Shown here: piece by piece, positions 25,522 through 39,374 of the stretch
Layout of the letters: every line of letters begins with the position of its first letter
How positions within the stretch are numbered: the stretch's first letter is position 1
Origin: Lama guanicoe
Lineage: Eukaryota
Direction of reading: 5' to 3'
Assembly (NCBI GenBank): GCA_013239625.1
Contig: MU053520.1
Coordinates: 1,269,103 to 1,333,102, forward strand
DNA length: 64,000 nucleotides
Made by a program: the position numbers and the translations under genes
Notes under the pieces: model-generated
The model's database searches: none
What the model was told of the DNA's origin: nothing
The model's input: the letters and a program-made list of their open reading frames with translations, nothing else

Positions 25522-26682
25522 TGTTACCAATCTCAGGTCTAGCTCCTCACTGCTTTAAGATCAATACACAAGAGGCAAGTGTTGGTAGAAAAGAAAATTG
25601 TTCTTAATTAGAAAAGTGGCAATCTGGGGGAGCAGGTGGATTCATGTTCCCCCAAGACCAGCTCCCAAGATTCTGCTCAGACATGAAAGTTTTTAAAGGG
25701 AAAAGGGGAAGTCATCTTAGTTAAGCACTGAGATGGGGGATCAGACTCGTCACCATCTCCCACTAGGTGCAGACTTGTCAACACCTCATGATCTTTTCTT
25801 TAGATGCCATCTTGTTCACACGTGTGTTCACAAAATTACTGAAGGGGAAGTTAGGGAAGAGATCTGGACATCTGCTAATCACTTATCCTTCCTTTTTACT
25901 TCTTTGATCTAAGGAAAGAATCTACAGGTTAGGCAGGGTATTGTGTGAGCAAAAGATTTGAAAAGTGTGCTTGGACCAGAGGTGAGCAGAGCCCTGGGGT
26001 GCCCAGTTTAAGTTTAGTTACAATATAGCTCTCTAAAGTGACAAGACAAAAGGGCATCCTCTTGCAGAGGGCTCTTCCCTGCAAAGAGCTCTTTCCTTCC
26101 AAAGCTGCTTACAAATCCCCATTTGTCAGAACATGATTCCATTTCTCTGGGACTATGGGTGAAAGTCCACCTTCTGCAATTTCTTCACGCTGACGTCGGG
26201 TGCAGTATTCTTAGAGGGAAAGACGTCCACGTGGGTCTGCAGCATCTTTTTGCTGACAGTTTTAGCTACCTGCTTATGTATATGGGCAGAACAAGCTGCA
26301 ACTTTTTTTGATGCCCACAAAGATATAGATTATTATGAGCAGTAGTGTTAACCTCATTCTGTTAAGGCCAGTTCTTGGAATTGTGCTGGCCAGAGATTCA
26401 GTACTGCTCAAGATAGAGCAGCTTATGTCATGGCTACAGTCTGGTCACCATGCAGTTTGCTTTTTCCTTCTGGTGCCAGGTATAGTATCCATAAGATAAT
26501 TCAGGAATGTGCATCAGCCACCGAGTTTGTGACTCTATTGTCTTAATCAACAACTTCTTGAGCCTCATCTCTTGTGACTCAGGGAGGTCAAGGAGACTCC
26601 AGCTTTTCTACAAACTAGAGGCTGGGGACATTGAGGGGACTTTGAATTGGGAGGGGGCCCTGCAAGGTTCTGCTCAGTTCCA
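25522..26682 (-). mobile_element. Long (1.16 kb) ERV1-type solo LTR
   Basis: TG...CA termini (tgttacc...cagttcca); 4-bp flanks ttaa/ttga; left ~490 bp aligns with 43875-44370; its start (revcomp tggaactgagcagaacc) matches the LTR start at 51560. Confidence 0.85.
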
Positions 26683-27877
26683 TTGACAATGCTTATTCCT
26701 ATGTGTGGGGAGGCAGGAGGAAAGGGGAGGAATTTGGCATGATTTACTAACTGTCACATGTTAGGCATGTTTAGAGTAAACTGGGGTCTGAATATACTCT
26801 GATTCACCTATAGCCAATATCTTTCACTGCCTCTACAAAATTATAATAAATTTCATAGCCAACAACTGCTGAAACTCTTATCTCTTTTATAGCTTATAAT
26901 TAATAGTTTAATATGATGCTGTCAACCAGTGATTGTTGGCACATTTGCTTTCCCCATGGTTAAAATACATGGTTAAAAAACAGTTCTTTTGACAATTTAA
27001 CATTGTCATTCAGCATTTCTTGACATTTGTTTTGCATTTGGAAGCTGTGATATAACCTCTTTTGCGTTGCATGTCAATTTTTCTGAGTTGTCTTTGCCAT
27101 GTGTTTCCAGGTTTTGATGAAAGATTTGCTCTTGGAATCAATTATCTTTCTTCTTCCTTATTTTTCTCAGGGGGAAACATCTCCTTATTAAAAAAAATAA
27201 TAATAAGCCATCAGAATTTATCACAATCAGAAAAGGTCAGAGAGGAAACTGAAAAAAGTGTTGAAGGACCCATCACACCATGAAGATATCTCCAGTGCAG
27301 CATCTTGTGGATTCCATTAAGAGAAACTCTTATAGTCAAATGACGTCTGGCCCACATTCCATTTTTCTTATCCTGATGGCTGTGGAAACACAGACAGTAA
27401 CACAAAAGAGCAAAGATTGTGTTCCTTTGATAAAATAGTAACGAACTGAAAAAAAAAATCATCTGGCTGGTATGATTGCCTGAAATCTCATTAAACATTA
27501 AATACATAAAGCATTTTATATAAATTAGTAAAAAGCTCTAGTCACTAAACAGAAAACATCAGTATGAAATTTTTAATGATGAGCTGATTAAAACAAGACA
27601 ATATTAAGCAGATTTGTCTGACATCAATAGCTGTAGTCTAAATATTTTTTAAAAGACATTTTTCTCTCTCTTTCACTTGACATCATTTTTTTCTGGGTGA
27701 GCATATGCTGTGCCTGATACAGAGTAAGTGCTGAGTAAATATTTGTGGAGTAGATGAGACAAACAGTTCCATTAAAAAGTCCCTGGACATTGGTGAATAT
27801 TGGTAACAATTGAGTTTGACAGGATATGAACAGTGTATTTTTACTAAGACCAAGATTCACTAAATATTCCCTTCTGG

Positions 27878-28207
27878 TGTAGTAGAGAATAACTTTCATT
27901 TTGTTGGAGGTTTACAGGGACACCATGACCTAGCCCACAGGAATGGCTGCAAGGACAAAGAATGCCTGCAACAAGAAGATTTCAACAATCAGCCACACCC
28001 CCTCCCTTATTTTTCCTCCCCCTCCCTTAATTTTTGTATAAAAGGAGCATGCATTCTGACGAGAGCAGGATGGTTCTCCAAGACATTTGTCTGCCATCCT
28101 CTCAGTCTGCCGGCTTTCCGAATAAAGTCGCTATTCCCTGCCCCAACACCTCGTCTCCCGATTTATTGGCCTGTGGTGCAGCGAGCAGGAATTTGGATTC
28201 GGCAACA
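27878..28207 (+). mobile_element. Short (330 bp) ERV1-type solo LTR
   Basis: tgtagtag...ggcaaca; perfect TSD ctgg/ctgg; TATA-like tataaaa (28037) and AATAAA (28121); homologous to 48266-48766 and 55874-56409. Confidence 0.92.
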
Positions 28208-30474
28208 CTGGGAGGCTTTTAGACTCAGCCTGCTAAAAAATTTTGGATTAAAAGTGGATTTTATTTTTGTATTTTGTATTTTTTTTGGTGAAAAACATGT
28301 ATTTATTCACTTAAGAAAGTTCATCATTTGTTTAGACAAAACAAAACAAGTTGATCTGCTCAAAGCTAGATTTGGGTGCTTAATGCCTCATCATTCAGTG
28401 AAAAGTAGTTACCATAATAACCACTGTATCAGCTGGACACAAAGAATCTTGAGTGTTTCTCCTAGTACACGAATGCAACTTCCTAAAGGAGAACCCACTT
28501 TATGTTCTTCTCACTATATCCACCTATCAAACCATTTGGGGAAAAACACCCTAGCTCCATAAATTAAAATTCATGCCAGGCATTTCAGCTTTCAGAATAA
28601 ATTTTCACCTCATTCCTTTGTTTGTATACAGCAACACCACCTCTCCTCTTGCTGGGTCTGATATCCGTCTGGAAAACCTCTGCTGAGAAAGGAAAAGTCA
28701 CCTGGCAGCCTGGGTCCCACAGTGGGGCTTTATCAACAATCCTCCTGTCTCAGCTCCAGTTCCAATCGTTACCAAGTCTTCAAGTACCTGGTGCCTCTAA
28801 TTCCTAATTTTATTCTAGGGATGCTGCATTGTGAATTTCTCATTACTAAAAGCATTATATTTTGACCTTTTTTTCTCTTAAAACATTTATCAATTCTCTA
28901 AGTACTTTTCATATTCATACACTGTCTTTCAGATTTATAAATATTTCCTAATTTCACTGAAGGTTAGACTGTTTCTGTTTATCATTCTCTTTGTGGGATT
29001 TGGGTAATTTTGAAAGAAGTTGGTAGAAATAGTAGAAATGTCTTTCTTCACTTAATCATCTCGAAATCATAAATTCTGGAAATTTAAATGAAATAATGGG
29101 CAATTTGCCCTCTATCTTAGGAACGTATTCAATTTAATAAATTCTCATAATGTTTTTAAAATATTTTTTGTCTGCAGAAACCTCTGGTTAAAATCAATTA
29201 GCAGTAATTCTATCAAATAATTTGTACTTATGCTTGTCCTCTAAGAAGGTTCTTATGTGGATATATCTACTGTCCCATATTGCCTTCATATTAACTCTCA
29301 AATCTAGCATAAGAACAAATTAGGTCCAACAAACAAACAAATTCAAAGCTTCAATCAGCTGTGTGTGGGAAATGAGGGAATAAAGGTAGACATTACAAAC
29401 ATGAAGAGACAATAGCAGCTCTCAGCACAGTATCAAAATCGTTTACTTCTAGGAAATGTAAAATTCCAATTTCTTAAACTTTGAAAATTTAATGAACAGG
29501 GAAAGAAAAAAAAAGAAAACTGAGTTAAGTTCTATAGTCAGAATAAAAAGACAATCAGGCAAAATTTCTCTCTGTGGGTGATAAGTTTTATTCTATTTTG
29601 ATCTATTCAAGTGCTCTGGAAGTTGGTGGGCAAAGCCAATTTGTGGCCAGCAATGGCCAAAAAGATGAGTCTTCTCTTTGTGGTATTGGTGTTCTGAATT
29701 TGTTTATGCTTAACTTTAATTACAATGGTTTCAGAACCTGGAACTGATGAATAAAAGACCAAGCCCCTGGAAAAAGCATAATTTTGTGTGCTTGGGGTGC
29801 CTTCATATCCAAGGAAAGAGAGGATCTGCAAGAAATTGCTGACATTCTGACTGCTTGAAGAAGGTGCCTCAATAAATGGGATTTCTGCTAAGAGAAGGAT
29901 GCCCTGCATGTGCCTACCAGCTCTAAAGTAGAGTGGAAACAAAGTTACCTGTGAGTCCTCTTGACTATTACATCCAAAGATAAGTTAGTAGAAAATGAGG
30001 GCTTCCATTTTGATGACCCACCTTCATGTTAAAGGGAGTTTAAAAAAATAAAATTTAAAACTTCAGGAGTTATTATTATTTTTTGTTGTATGAAGCACTG
30101 AGCCTCCAATCCATCCCACTCTCAGTTCAGAATTCCCTTCTTTCCCATTAAATGCTGAAGTCAGCAAATGTTTTAATTGAATGTGAGGTGTGAATTTCAG
30201 TTAGAGGGCAAAAAGGGACATATCTTATGAGAGATTATGGTTAAGAAAGTTCATACATAGGTTATGAAGTTGAAGGATAGGAAAAAATCTGTATTTTTTA
30301 AGATCTTTTCACTTAAAAAATCTTATTTTTTCCAAATTATTGTACATTTTCACATGGTATCTATTTATTTTTGGTTCTTTTCACCACACTTTTATTGTGT
30401 GTGTATCCTAATGGGTCCTCACAACTATTCTAATGGGTAATAGGGAGCATGACATAGATTAAAATGCTAATCTT

Positions 30475-30624
30475 GGGGGGAGGGGATATCTCAGTGGTAG
30501 AGCACGTATTTAGCATGCAAGAGGTCCTGGGTTCAATCCTCAGTACTTCCATTAAAAATAAGTAAATAAATAAAAACCCGATTACCTCCCCCCTAAAATA
30601 AAATAATACATAAAAAAAATTTTT
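30475..30624 (+). mobile_element. tRNA-derived SINE (camelid Vic-1 type)
   Basis: ggggggaggggatatctcagtggtagagc (A box), ggttcaatcct (B box), A-rich tail; TSD aaatgc(t/c)aatcttg at 30462-30475 and 30625-30638. Confidence 0.9.
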
Positions 30625-30849
30625 AAATGCCAATCTTGAGATCCTCAGCCAAGAACTACTGGATCTTCTGTAATATAATAATAAACTGCAGGTATCAGGG
30701 GAAAGATCTAATACATTTTTCCTAATTTCATATCAATTATGAAGATAACAGACTTTAAGGAATATCATTTCCCCCATGATGTGTACAAATGCCTATAATT
30801 AGCCGCAGTTCAATGGAACCTTATTGCGTATCTCATATCGGTACCTCAC

Positions 30850-31030
30850 TTAGGGCAACCATCAGTGTCTCTTATGTTGTTGTTTTGTGTACAAATCTCA
30901 ACCTCTCTACCAGATGACACCCTCCCAGTAAGAAACTTCACTTGTTTTTTTGTTAGGTGGCTACTAATTTCTTAGCATGGTGCCCAGCACCCAGTAATCA
31001 CTCAGTAGTGTTTGTGGAATGCATGAATGA
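30850..31030 (+). mobile_element. L2 3' end
   Basis: cttagcatggtgcccagcacccagtaatcactcagtagtgtttgtggaatgcatgaatga. Confidence 0.65.
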
Positions 31031-31249
31031 TTTTCATCAAAATTATTTTATTTGCAAAGTACTTTTCTAAAAATGCACTTTTTGAAGTCCACACCAAGAA
31101 TAAACACGAACATAAAGTGTTTTTAGTTACCCTGGTTAACTTCTTCAGATGTTTTGCATCAATGTTACTTTTTAATTTTCCATACCCATTGAGATGATTG
31201 ATCCGAGAAGCAATTATAATGACAGAGGTGGTAATAATGCCTGGCATAC

Positions 31250-31455
31250 AATGTTTTTTTTAAAGTAGAAAAAGATTTCAGTCACATTATCACATTCGAT
31301 CCTCACAAAATTCCACACACCAGCAGAGTGATTCTTATAATTCTTTTTCATAGGTGAGTGAGTAAAGAAAAATAAGTCAAGTGGCTTGTCCAAGATTACA
31401 TAAGTGCAGGTGTTGGGGGAACTTGTATTCTGATCCTTCTGACTCCAATACCTCA
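31250..31455 (-). mobile_element. MIR SINE
   Basis: cacattatcacattcgatcctcacaa...aagtggcttgtccaagattaca...ttctgactccaa. Confidence 0.65.
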
Positions 31456-33207
31456 TGTTGAATAGTCAGTCCTCAATTTTCAAGTGCTTAAATTTTAAAG
31501 CCTTCCTCAATCTAAAAACAAAACAAACAACACAAACATCCACATTATTAAAGAAATCACCTGTCCAAATGACCACATGACTACAGGAAATTCGCATCCC
31601 ATTGCGCCTCTCATCCTATATTTCTGGTACTTTCTGGAGAACAGAAAGCATGTGCTTTCTCAAACTGCTTTCTAATTTACAAACATACTCCCAGGGTCCT
31701 TTGCAAACACGTTCTTCTGTGCAGAGAATTTCCATTGGCTTCTGTTGATTTGTGTTTGTTTACTCATCCTTAATGAGGTGAGGAGTATTATGTTGCTATG
31801 CTGCCTGATTCCGAATTCTCTCAGATGAATTTATGCCTGAACCACCTGGAAGCTGGGGTTCAGGAAGCACTTTTGGCAGGTCATGCCCTGTATCTCCAGG
31901 GAAGAGCAAGCAGAAAGTCCGAGTGGAAGCCTCCTCCTGCCTTCTTCCTATGTCGCCGTTTTAATTTTCAGCTCAGTCCCTTCCCTGCCACAGTTAATGG
32001 AAACTTCTTTCAGAATCTTCCGTCTCCACATTTCTGCTGCTGTCCCATCCCTTACAGTGTGTTTAACACACAGCAACCAAGACAATCTTTTAAAAACAAA
32101 TCTAAAAACATCAACCACCTGTCCAAAAGCCTTCAAGAGATTCTGATACATTTCTCACCTCCCCATTCCCACCATTTTTAATGTGTATTTTGGAAATAGA
32201 CCAACTTTACCATTTTTCTTACTATTAAAAAAAAATCTAAAAATTAAGTACAAGTACAATGTAGCTTTAACCTAAATTTTAATTACTGTCTATTCTTTAA
32301 TATGCCTTTCAAAACATACCATAGTCTATCAACTATTTTATTATCAGAGATCTATAAAATTAAGTATCAACTTTCCCTAGGACTTGCCAATCCAGATGGT
32401 TGATAAAATGCTAAATGCAAGTTCCTTTTGGTGCTATATTTCTACACCATCCATTGCCTTTTTTTCTCCAATGAAAACAGAACTTATATGCCCTTACTCT
32501 TCAAGGAGAGAATTCTTAAATTCCATTGGGTGGTCTATACCCCTAAACTCCACATTTCTGTGTTTACAATTCCCAGAGCCAATCATTTCAGTGGAGTAAG
32601 AGCCCCCAGGACTATAGGAAATGCATTTACTATCTCACTTGAGATGAAAAGTAAATCCCATGAGTTATTTTTATTTTGTTTTATTTTGTTTAGCTTCAGA
32701 TTCAACATCTTTAAAAGAGATAAGCCAATTCACTGCATCAAACTAGTCTCTATTTGGTTGTCCACTAAAATAAAATTAAAATTTGATTATCTTTAAGGAA
32801 TTTCTCTCGAAATGTTTCTTGGAACTGTTCAGTAATAAATGTTAGCTTCTCAAAATGCAGTTAGCATTCAAATGTTAATTAATACTCTTACTTTCATCAT
32901 AGTGGTCTTTTGAAATAAGCGTACACAGTATCCTGTAGGCAGGCTTGAACACAGTAAGAACATTTGTTAAGAACAGATAGGAACTGATTTATTAAGTAAA
33001 TATTTACTAAAACTCAATTCTATAGTAGTTCATGTGATATTAAGCATGAAGTAGCAGTTCGTAGAGAATGCTAGGGTAGCCGCCAAGAGGAAAGTACACA
33101 CAGATTTTTCAGCAGTATACAAGCCTTCCAGAAATTTATACGCACAACAGCAAAACAGCATTTACATTCTACCTTATAGGAAAGCAAAATCTCTGATAGG
33201 AATTAAT

Positions 33208-33690
33208 TGTTGGGATATAATTCTCTATGAGAGTGTCTGAATTTCTGCATGTCTAATGAGCAGGGGCACTAGCTGCCCTTTTGTCCTGAAATATTTTTCC
33301 AAGGATGTGTGTATAGAAAATAGCCTTGTAAATTAGAGATAGTATCTCTCTCTGGAGCAGGGGCAGGAATGATTATTGTTTAATATAATAATTTCTCCTT
33401 TTTGCAGGTTTGCTTACTATCCATTGTAACAGATTCAGATTACCTAAGTTCAGGTTCTTCAGCTGTGAGACAAAATTTTCTGCGTATTGCATCACCCCCG
33501 TGGGATTTGGGGGGCAAGGGAAACTGATGCAAACATGAAGCTCATGATGCCTTTTATGCTGTGCATAATAAAGTCCTTTGTCTCTGACCAAGAGATCTCA
33601 TGTCTTCCATTATTATCCACAAAACTGAAGCAAGTTTACCACCTTGCAAACAGGATGGAAATCTAATATGCTTAGAAGTTCTTAATATTC
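33208..33690 (+). mobile_element. MER21/MER68/MER77-like ERVL-class LTR
   Basis: tgttgggatataattctctatg...caaggatgtgtgtatagaaaatagccttg...ctctctggagcaggggcagg...aataaagtcctttgtctctgacc. Confidence 0.75.
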
Positions 33691-34089
33691 ATTGGTAAAT
33701 ATCCAATATTTACAGTTTTAACAAACACCACTAGAAAATAGGGTATAATGTTATGATCTTCTTTTAATGCAGAAAACAGTACCTAATTGTTCTGACTATT
33801 GAAAGGGAACTTAGGTGTCACAATCAATTGTCCTTGGAAGCTGTAAGAAGACCGTGCACCATGCCCCACTGTGCAGTCTGAATTTATACTACTTGCTACT
33901 TACACTACTCTTACTACTTAGGGTGAAATTAAAAAAAAAAAAAAGACTGATTGGATTTCCTGAAGAAGATAATGGAAAGAATGGACAAGATACAATAAAT
34001 GACAAGATAGTAGCTGAGCATTTTCCTGAATTCAAGGAAACCAAGAATCATAAGGGAACTATGTTGAGCCTCAGTTTCATTTAAGGCCC

Positions 34090-34825
34090 CTCACGCCCCT
34101 TCAGTCACACTGGTCATTTTTCGGCTTCTTAACATACCAAATTCTTTTGCTCTTGCAGAGACACCACACATGTTGTTTTCTGCCTGGAATGTTATTATCC
34201 TTCCTCTTTACAGGATAGACTTATACTCATCTTTTAACTTCAGTCAACAGCTCTCTGAAAATTCTTCTCTCACCATTTTATCTAAGTCTCATTTCCCTTA
34301 TTCTTCACAAAGCATCTTTTTTTTTTTTAATTTCCATGGACTATGGTTACTTTACTGATTTATGGATACCCTTGTTTATTATTGTCTCTCATGGTGAGGG
34401 CTGAGATCATATACCTTTATATTCTTCATTGTATCCTGTCTTTGGACTGCTGTAACAAAGACCCCAGACTTGGTGGCATATAAACAGCAGGCGTTTATTT
34501 CTCACCATTCTGGTGGGTGGAATTCTGAGATCAGGGTGCCAGCATGGTCAAGTTCTGATGAGGACCTTCTTCTGGGTTGCAGAATTTTTGCTGTATCCTT
34601 ACATGGCAGAAAGAGGATAAGAAAGTTCTGAGGGCACTAATCTCATTCATGAGGGTCCCACCTCCATGCCCTAAATACCTCCCAAAGTCCCCACCCCCTA
34701 ATACTATAACTTTGGAGGTTAGGACTTCAATGTGTCAATCTGAAGGAGACATTCAGTCCACTGTGTATCCTCACTGCTCAGCACAATGCCTAGCATATGG
34801 TTAATAAATATTTGTTGATTGAATA
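34090..34825 (+). mobile_element. L2 3' fragment interrupted by MLT1A
   Basis: ccttcagtcacactggtc...ttttctgcctggaatg; resumes at 34766 with tatcctcactgctcagcacaatgcctagcatatgg...aataaatatttgttgattgaat. Confidence 0.75.
34437..34765 (-). mobile_element. MLT1A-like (ERVL-MaLR) solo LTR
   Basis: gactgctgtaacaaagaccccagacttggtggc...gagatcagggtgccagcatggtcaagttctg...cattcagtcca; 5-bp TSD tatcc on both sides. Confidence 0.9.
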
Positions 34826-34980
34826 CATAGATCACTGAATGTAAGCACTTAATCCATTGAACATAAATATAATATTAAATAAGTATGTAACTATAGTTAT
34901 AAAACTATTATGTATTTTTATATAAAACTGTAGAATGATTAAAAAGAATGTCTCCTTATAATGGGCTGGGACAAAATTAA

Positions 34981-35015
<35 letters not shown>
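34981..35015. repeat. (AAT)n microsatellite
   Basis: Read directly. Confidence 0.95.
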
Positions 35016-35016
<1 letters not shown>

Positions 35017-35474
35017 TCCAACAAAGCCCATGGGCATCTGCAAGCTGATGAGAAAGAGGGTTTAAGTCATATAATTTCAACAGGAAGTTTCATTTCTGAG
35101 TTGGTAAGTTGAAAACTGTAAGTGTGAGCATAGTAGTGAAACTTAGAAAGGTAAACCCTAAGCAGAACTTAGAATAGAATATGTGCTTTCCAAATCACTA
35201 AAATGAATCAAAAAACTGAGAAAATTGACTGCTTCCTTAAAACTAAGAAAGTTACTTCTTTAAACACTACCAGACCAGGACAGATTTAAGAGTGACTTTT
35301 TTAAAAAAAATCTTTATTGAATAACTGATTTCTTTGGCATTTAAGCTTTTCCAAAGCACTAAGACAGATTCCTTTTATGAATGCTGATTATTAGATCCTA
35401 TATAAATGACTGTAACGTAGAATCAAGCAGTGTGCTAAAATAATAATGCCCCATGACTTAGAGAGACACTATAC

Positions 35475-35540
35475 AATGTATGGTCCAAACAGAACCCTTT
35501 TGAAAGTAAAAGAGGGCGCTATTAATAATTACTCTTTCAA
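35475..35540. mobile_element. MER96-like hAT fragment
   Basis: gtccaaacagaacccttttgaaagtaaaagagggcgctattaataatta. Confidence 0.6.
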
Positions 35541-35639
35541 AGCCAACATGCAATCTCTATGGAATTGGTATTGGCTCCACGTTGAAAATACATGCAGAAT
35601 ACATACTTTTCTCTGTATATTCTGATTTCAGCTCTGCAT

Positions 35640-36325
35640 GAACCATATTCGTGGGTTTTCCAGTTTTCTGCAGTAGTCCCTAACTGCTCTCCCTGCTTCC
35701 ACTGCTGCCTTATACTGTTTGTGTCATTGCTGTCTTCTCAACAGACCAAGTAGAAGGATCCTTTTAAGACGTATATCAGATTACAGCCCTTTCTGCTGAG
35801 CACTTTCTGATGTCTTCCCCGGTCACTCAGGGTACAAGTTAGAGTCCTTTTGATCAATGAGGCTCAGAATGATCTAACCCCCTGACCCCTACCCCCACTG
35901 TTCTCCAACCAGCTAACTCCGCTCTATCTACACTACCATCCCTGCTGTTCTTTGAACTTACCAGTTAATTTACACCTGTCTCTTTTCTTGGCCTGGAATA
36001 TTTTCCCCAGAGATATCAGCCTGGTTTATCTCTTTCAAGACTTTGTTAAGATATCACCTTCTAAATGAATCCTATCACTGTATTTAAATCGTACCCACTC
36101 ACCCCAACCATCCCCTCCCCACTGGAAATGTCTCATCTATTTACTTTGTCTATTGTACTTACAACATTCTAATGTAGCGTTTATTCACTGGTATTTATTG
36201 TTTATTTTTTCTTTCTATCTATGAGAATGTAAGTACCATAAGGGCAGGATTTGTCTTTCTTTTGTTCTCTTTTCTTCTCTTTGCCCTTTCCCCTCATAAT
36301 ACGTGGTTAATAAATATTACTTAAT
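35640..36325 (+). mobile_element. L2 3' portion
   Basis: gcagtagtccctaactgctctccctgcttcc...gatccttttaagacgtatatcagatta...agaatgtaagtaccataagggcagga. Confidence 0.85.
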
Positions 36326-36329
36326 TGTC

Positions 36330-36800
36330 TCCTGAATTTTTTCTAGAATTTCAACTTGACTCTTTTTATATATTCTAGGTCTCTTGAACATATTATTCAC
36401 AGTCTTCTCAAGGCCATGTCTGACAACTCTAGTATCTGAATCTCCTGTGTGTGTGTTTCTGTCATCTATTATTTCGGACCTTCCTCTTCTTTTTTCCTAT
36501 GTCTTGCTTTTGTTTGTTTGTTTGTTTTGCCGACTACCTAACATTGAAGAGTTTTGAAGCCTTGGGTGGTGTTACCTTCCTCCAGAGAGGATTTACTCAG
36601 CCTTTGGCAGGCAGTTAGGTGAGAGGCAGGTCGCTTTAATTCATTCCGAGAGTGAACTGATTCAAAGCTGAGTCTGTTGAGGGCTGGTCTATTCTAGACT
36701 GCCATTACTCAGAGCTCTGGCCTTTCAGAGGTCCCAAATGAAAGAACCCACTGGCAGGTCCTGAACTCCAACTTTTTGTCTCCCAAGCACTGCAAACATT
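36330..36800 (-). mobile_element. Old L1ME 5'/ORF1-region remnant
   Basis: tgtctgacaactctagtatctgaatc...ccttcctccagagaggatttac...ggcaggcagttagg. Confidence 0.55.
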
Positions 36801-38178
36801 TTAAATGTTTAGAATGTTATCCAGTAAAGACTTGTTTTCCTTTTCTTATGTCAAAGTTTTACTTTACTTAGAAGTTTGTTTTTTGGTTCTTGTTTTTTCA
36901 TTTTATACCTATTGACATGCTAAGGAAGAGGTTTTCCCTGGGACATATATTAAGTAATTTTGCTCTGGAGGAAACTGAAAAATAAAATAGAATCACTAAC
37001 TTCCAGATACCTTTTTTAAATCAGCTAAAGAGAAAAATATATTCACATTAAGTTAAAAAGTAATATACAATTAAACTCATTCTATAAGAAACTAACATGC
37101 AAAAAAAAGTCACAAGAAATCATGATTAACAGTAAAACTAATTATCCAGCCTTTTGTGATCAAGTGGGCTGCAGTACCAGAAGACCAAAACCTATGCCTG
37201 AGTTTAATTTAATTAGCATTATAATTTGCAACAAGAATACAAAGTCTTTGAGGTCAAAACTACAGAGGAATAAGCTCTGAAAATTCCAGTGCTGAAACAA
37301 AACAGTTATTTGCCAACTGAGTAAAGGTCACAGTATTTTTTATTTATTCACTTAGAAGGCTTAGGGTGCTGCCTGCAAATCTCCTGCAATAAAAATGAAA
37401 GCCATTAAAATAGCCTTGCTTCCTTGTGTAGCAAACCCTGGACATTGCAGGATATTCCAAAATAACATACAACAGGTTTTTTCTTATATATTTCTCATTA
37501 ACTTTTTATAGCCTCCTGACTTTGTGGAATCACTGCAGTAAGTTCTAAATGATGTATGAAATGGAAAACAAAATTCAGCCTGTCCTTACTTCCATCTAGG
37601 CAATAGACAATAGTATGCCTGTTTTCTTTGTTTTTGTTTTTGTTTTATTTTGTTTTTAAGCCAAACTACTGACAGAATTACCATCCTCTTCCATATAAAG
37701 CTTCAAAAGAATCTGAGAACAGGCACACTACACGCACTGAGGGGACATACAAAAATCAAGACTTCAGAATTCATTCAGATCACAGCACATTTCACCTACT
37801 CTGACCTGCTGCTGTTAGCTTTTATTATCTGTAGCATTGTGGTGTTCTCTCTCTCTTTCTCTGTCTCTCTGGCCTGTTTTCTTAACTGACCTTAAAATTA
37901 AGTTTCCACATTGAAATCAACCCAGTGCCATCCTGGGCTTTCTCTTGCATGACTTAAATTCAAGGTAAGAACCCACACCATGGCATTTGTGATTTTAGAA
38001 CTATCACTGTAGCCATGGTTTTCCATGAAATAAAAATGTATCTTGCTTCTCACTGTGTACAGTGGTAAGTTACCTATAAAACTTGGGGATTTAGGAGGTT
38101 CATTACAGTACTTTTGGACTCAAGTAAGAGTATATCCAACTTAAAGTGAGTATATAAGCAACATAGGTTAATTTTTCC

Positions 38179-38205
38179 CATCATCATCATCATCATCATC
38201 ATCAT
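38179..38205. repeat. (CAT)9 microsatellite
   Basis: Read directly; source of the poly-Met run in ORF 38074-38256. Confidence 0.95.
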
Positions 38206-38229
38206 AACGATGAGTCTATAGATATGCAG

Positions 38230-38580
38230 ATCAGAGTTAGTTAAGTGACTCAGCAATATCGATGTCAGGACTGTGTGTCAGCTTCTCCGGCCTTAAACTC
38301 ATGGTCACAAGATGGCTGCAGTAGCTCTGTAACATCTTTAGAGGATGACATCCTACATGAACACTCTTTATTTGAGGAGAAATAAATATTTCCTGGAAGT
38401 CTGTAGGAGACCGCTTTTCTGTCACACTGGCCAGTGTTGTATCATTTGCCTGTGCCATGGGCTTCAAAGAAAATTAGGAAACAAGCATCCAGCATTGTTA
38501 GCCTCCATAGTGCTAAATGGACTCTGCCAGCAAGGGAAAAAAAAAAAAGGTTGATAAGTATTTAACAGTATCTACCACAG
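38230..38580 (-). mobile_element. MLT1-family LTR fragment
   Basis: ctcatggtcacaagatggctgcagtagctc...cactggccagtgttgtatcat...aacagtatctaccaca. Confidence 0.7.
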
Positions 38581-39374
38581 GAAGAGGCAAAGGAAGTGGA
38601 TTTTCCCCTGGATGGATCACCAGTCTTGATTAGGCAATCATTCATTGTGCAAGATTACATTTACTTGATGTTGGATCCAGTCTTGCCTTGGTTCCACTAG
38701 ATTAAAAAAAAAAAAAGTTCTTGTAAATCAAATCTTCTAAATAAAGGACACATTTTGTTTATACATTTTATATAATTGTGAACTTTTAATATTTTCCTTC
38801 TTAAATGAGTTTTTGTTTGGTTTTCAACCCCACCACAGCATAAATGAAGAAATGTTAAAACCCAAATTACTCCTAAGGTCAAACAACAAATTGCTTGAAA
38901 TTTAGGGAAGAGCCAATACCTTCAGATCGTCTAATGAATCCTTCTTAAATTGTATGCAAATTTTCTAAATTTTTTATGTGTAAATATTTGTTTCTGTACA
39001 AGAAGCCCAAAGCTTTGGCAGATTTTCAAAGTGTCCATAACCCCCTAAAAGTTTAGAAACACCAATAACAACGATTGATTGTAATAATGTAGAGTATTTG
39101 TATGAGTGTATTAGAAAAAGGTCTCTCACCTACATTTTAGAAATTGCACTGGTGTAAAAGTGTTATTATATTTAGGGACATAATTCCACAAGAACATTTT
39201 CACATTTAACCTCCATAAGATTTTTTGTTTACCCATATTATTGAACAACAGAAGAATTACTACCTTCTTTATGCCTGACTTCAGAAAAAAGGTCAATTGA
39301 TTCCAGAAAACGTAGGTGGGAACCTCATCTTTTATTTTCTTTTTATGTACTTCTTTCAGCTGTTCAACAGGAAA

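Noticed and set aside
30475..30550. tRNA-Ala gene
   Set aside because: Continues into a SINE body and A tail, is flanked by a TSD, and its stems are degenerate.
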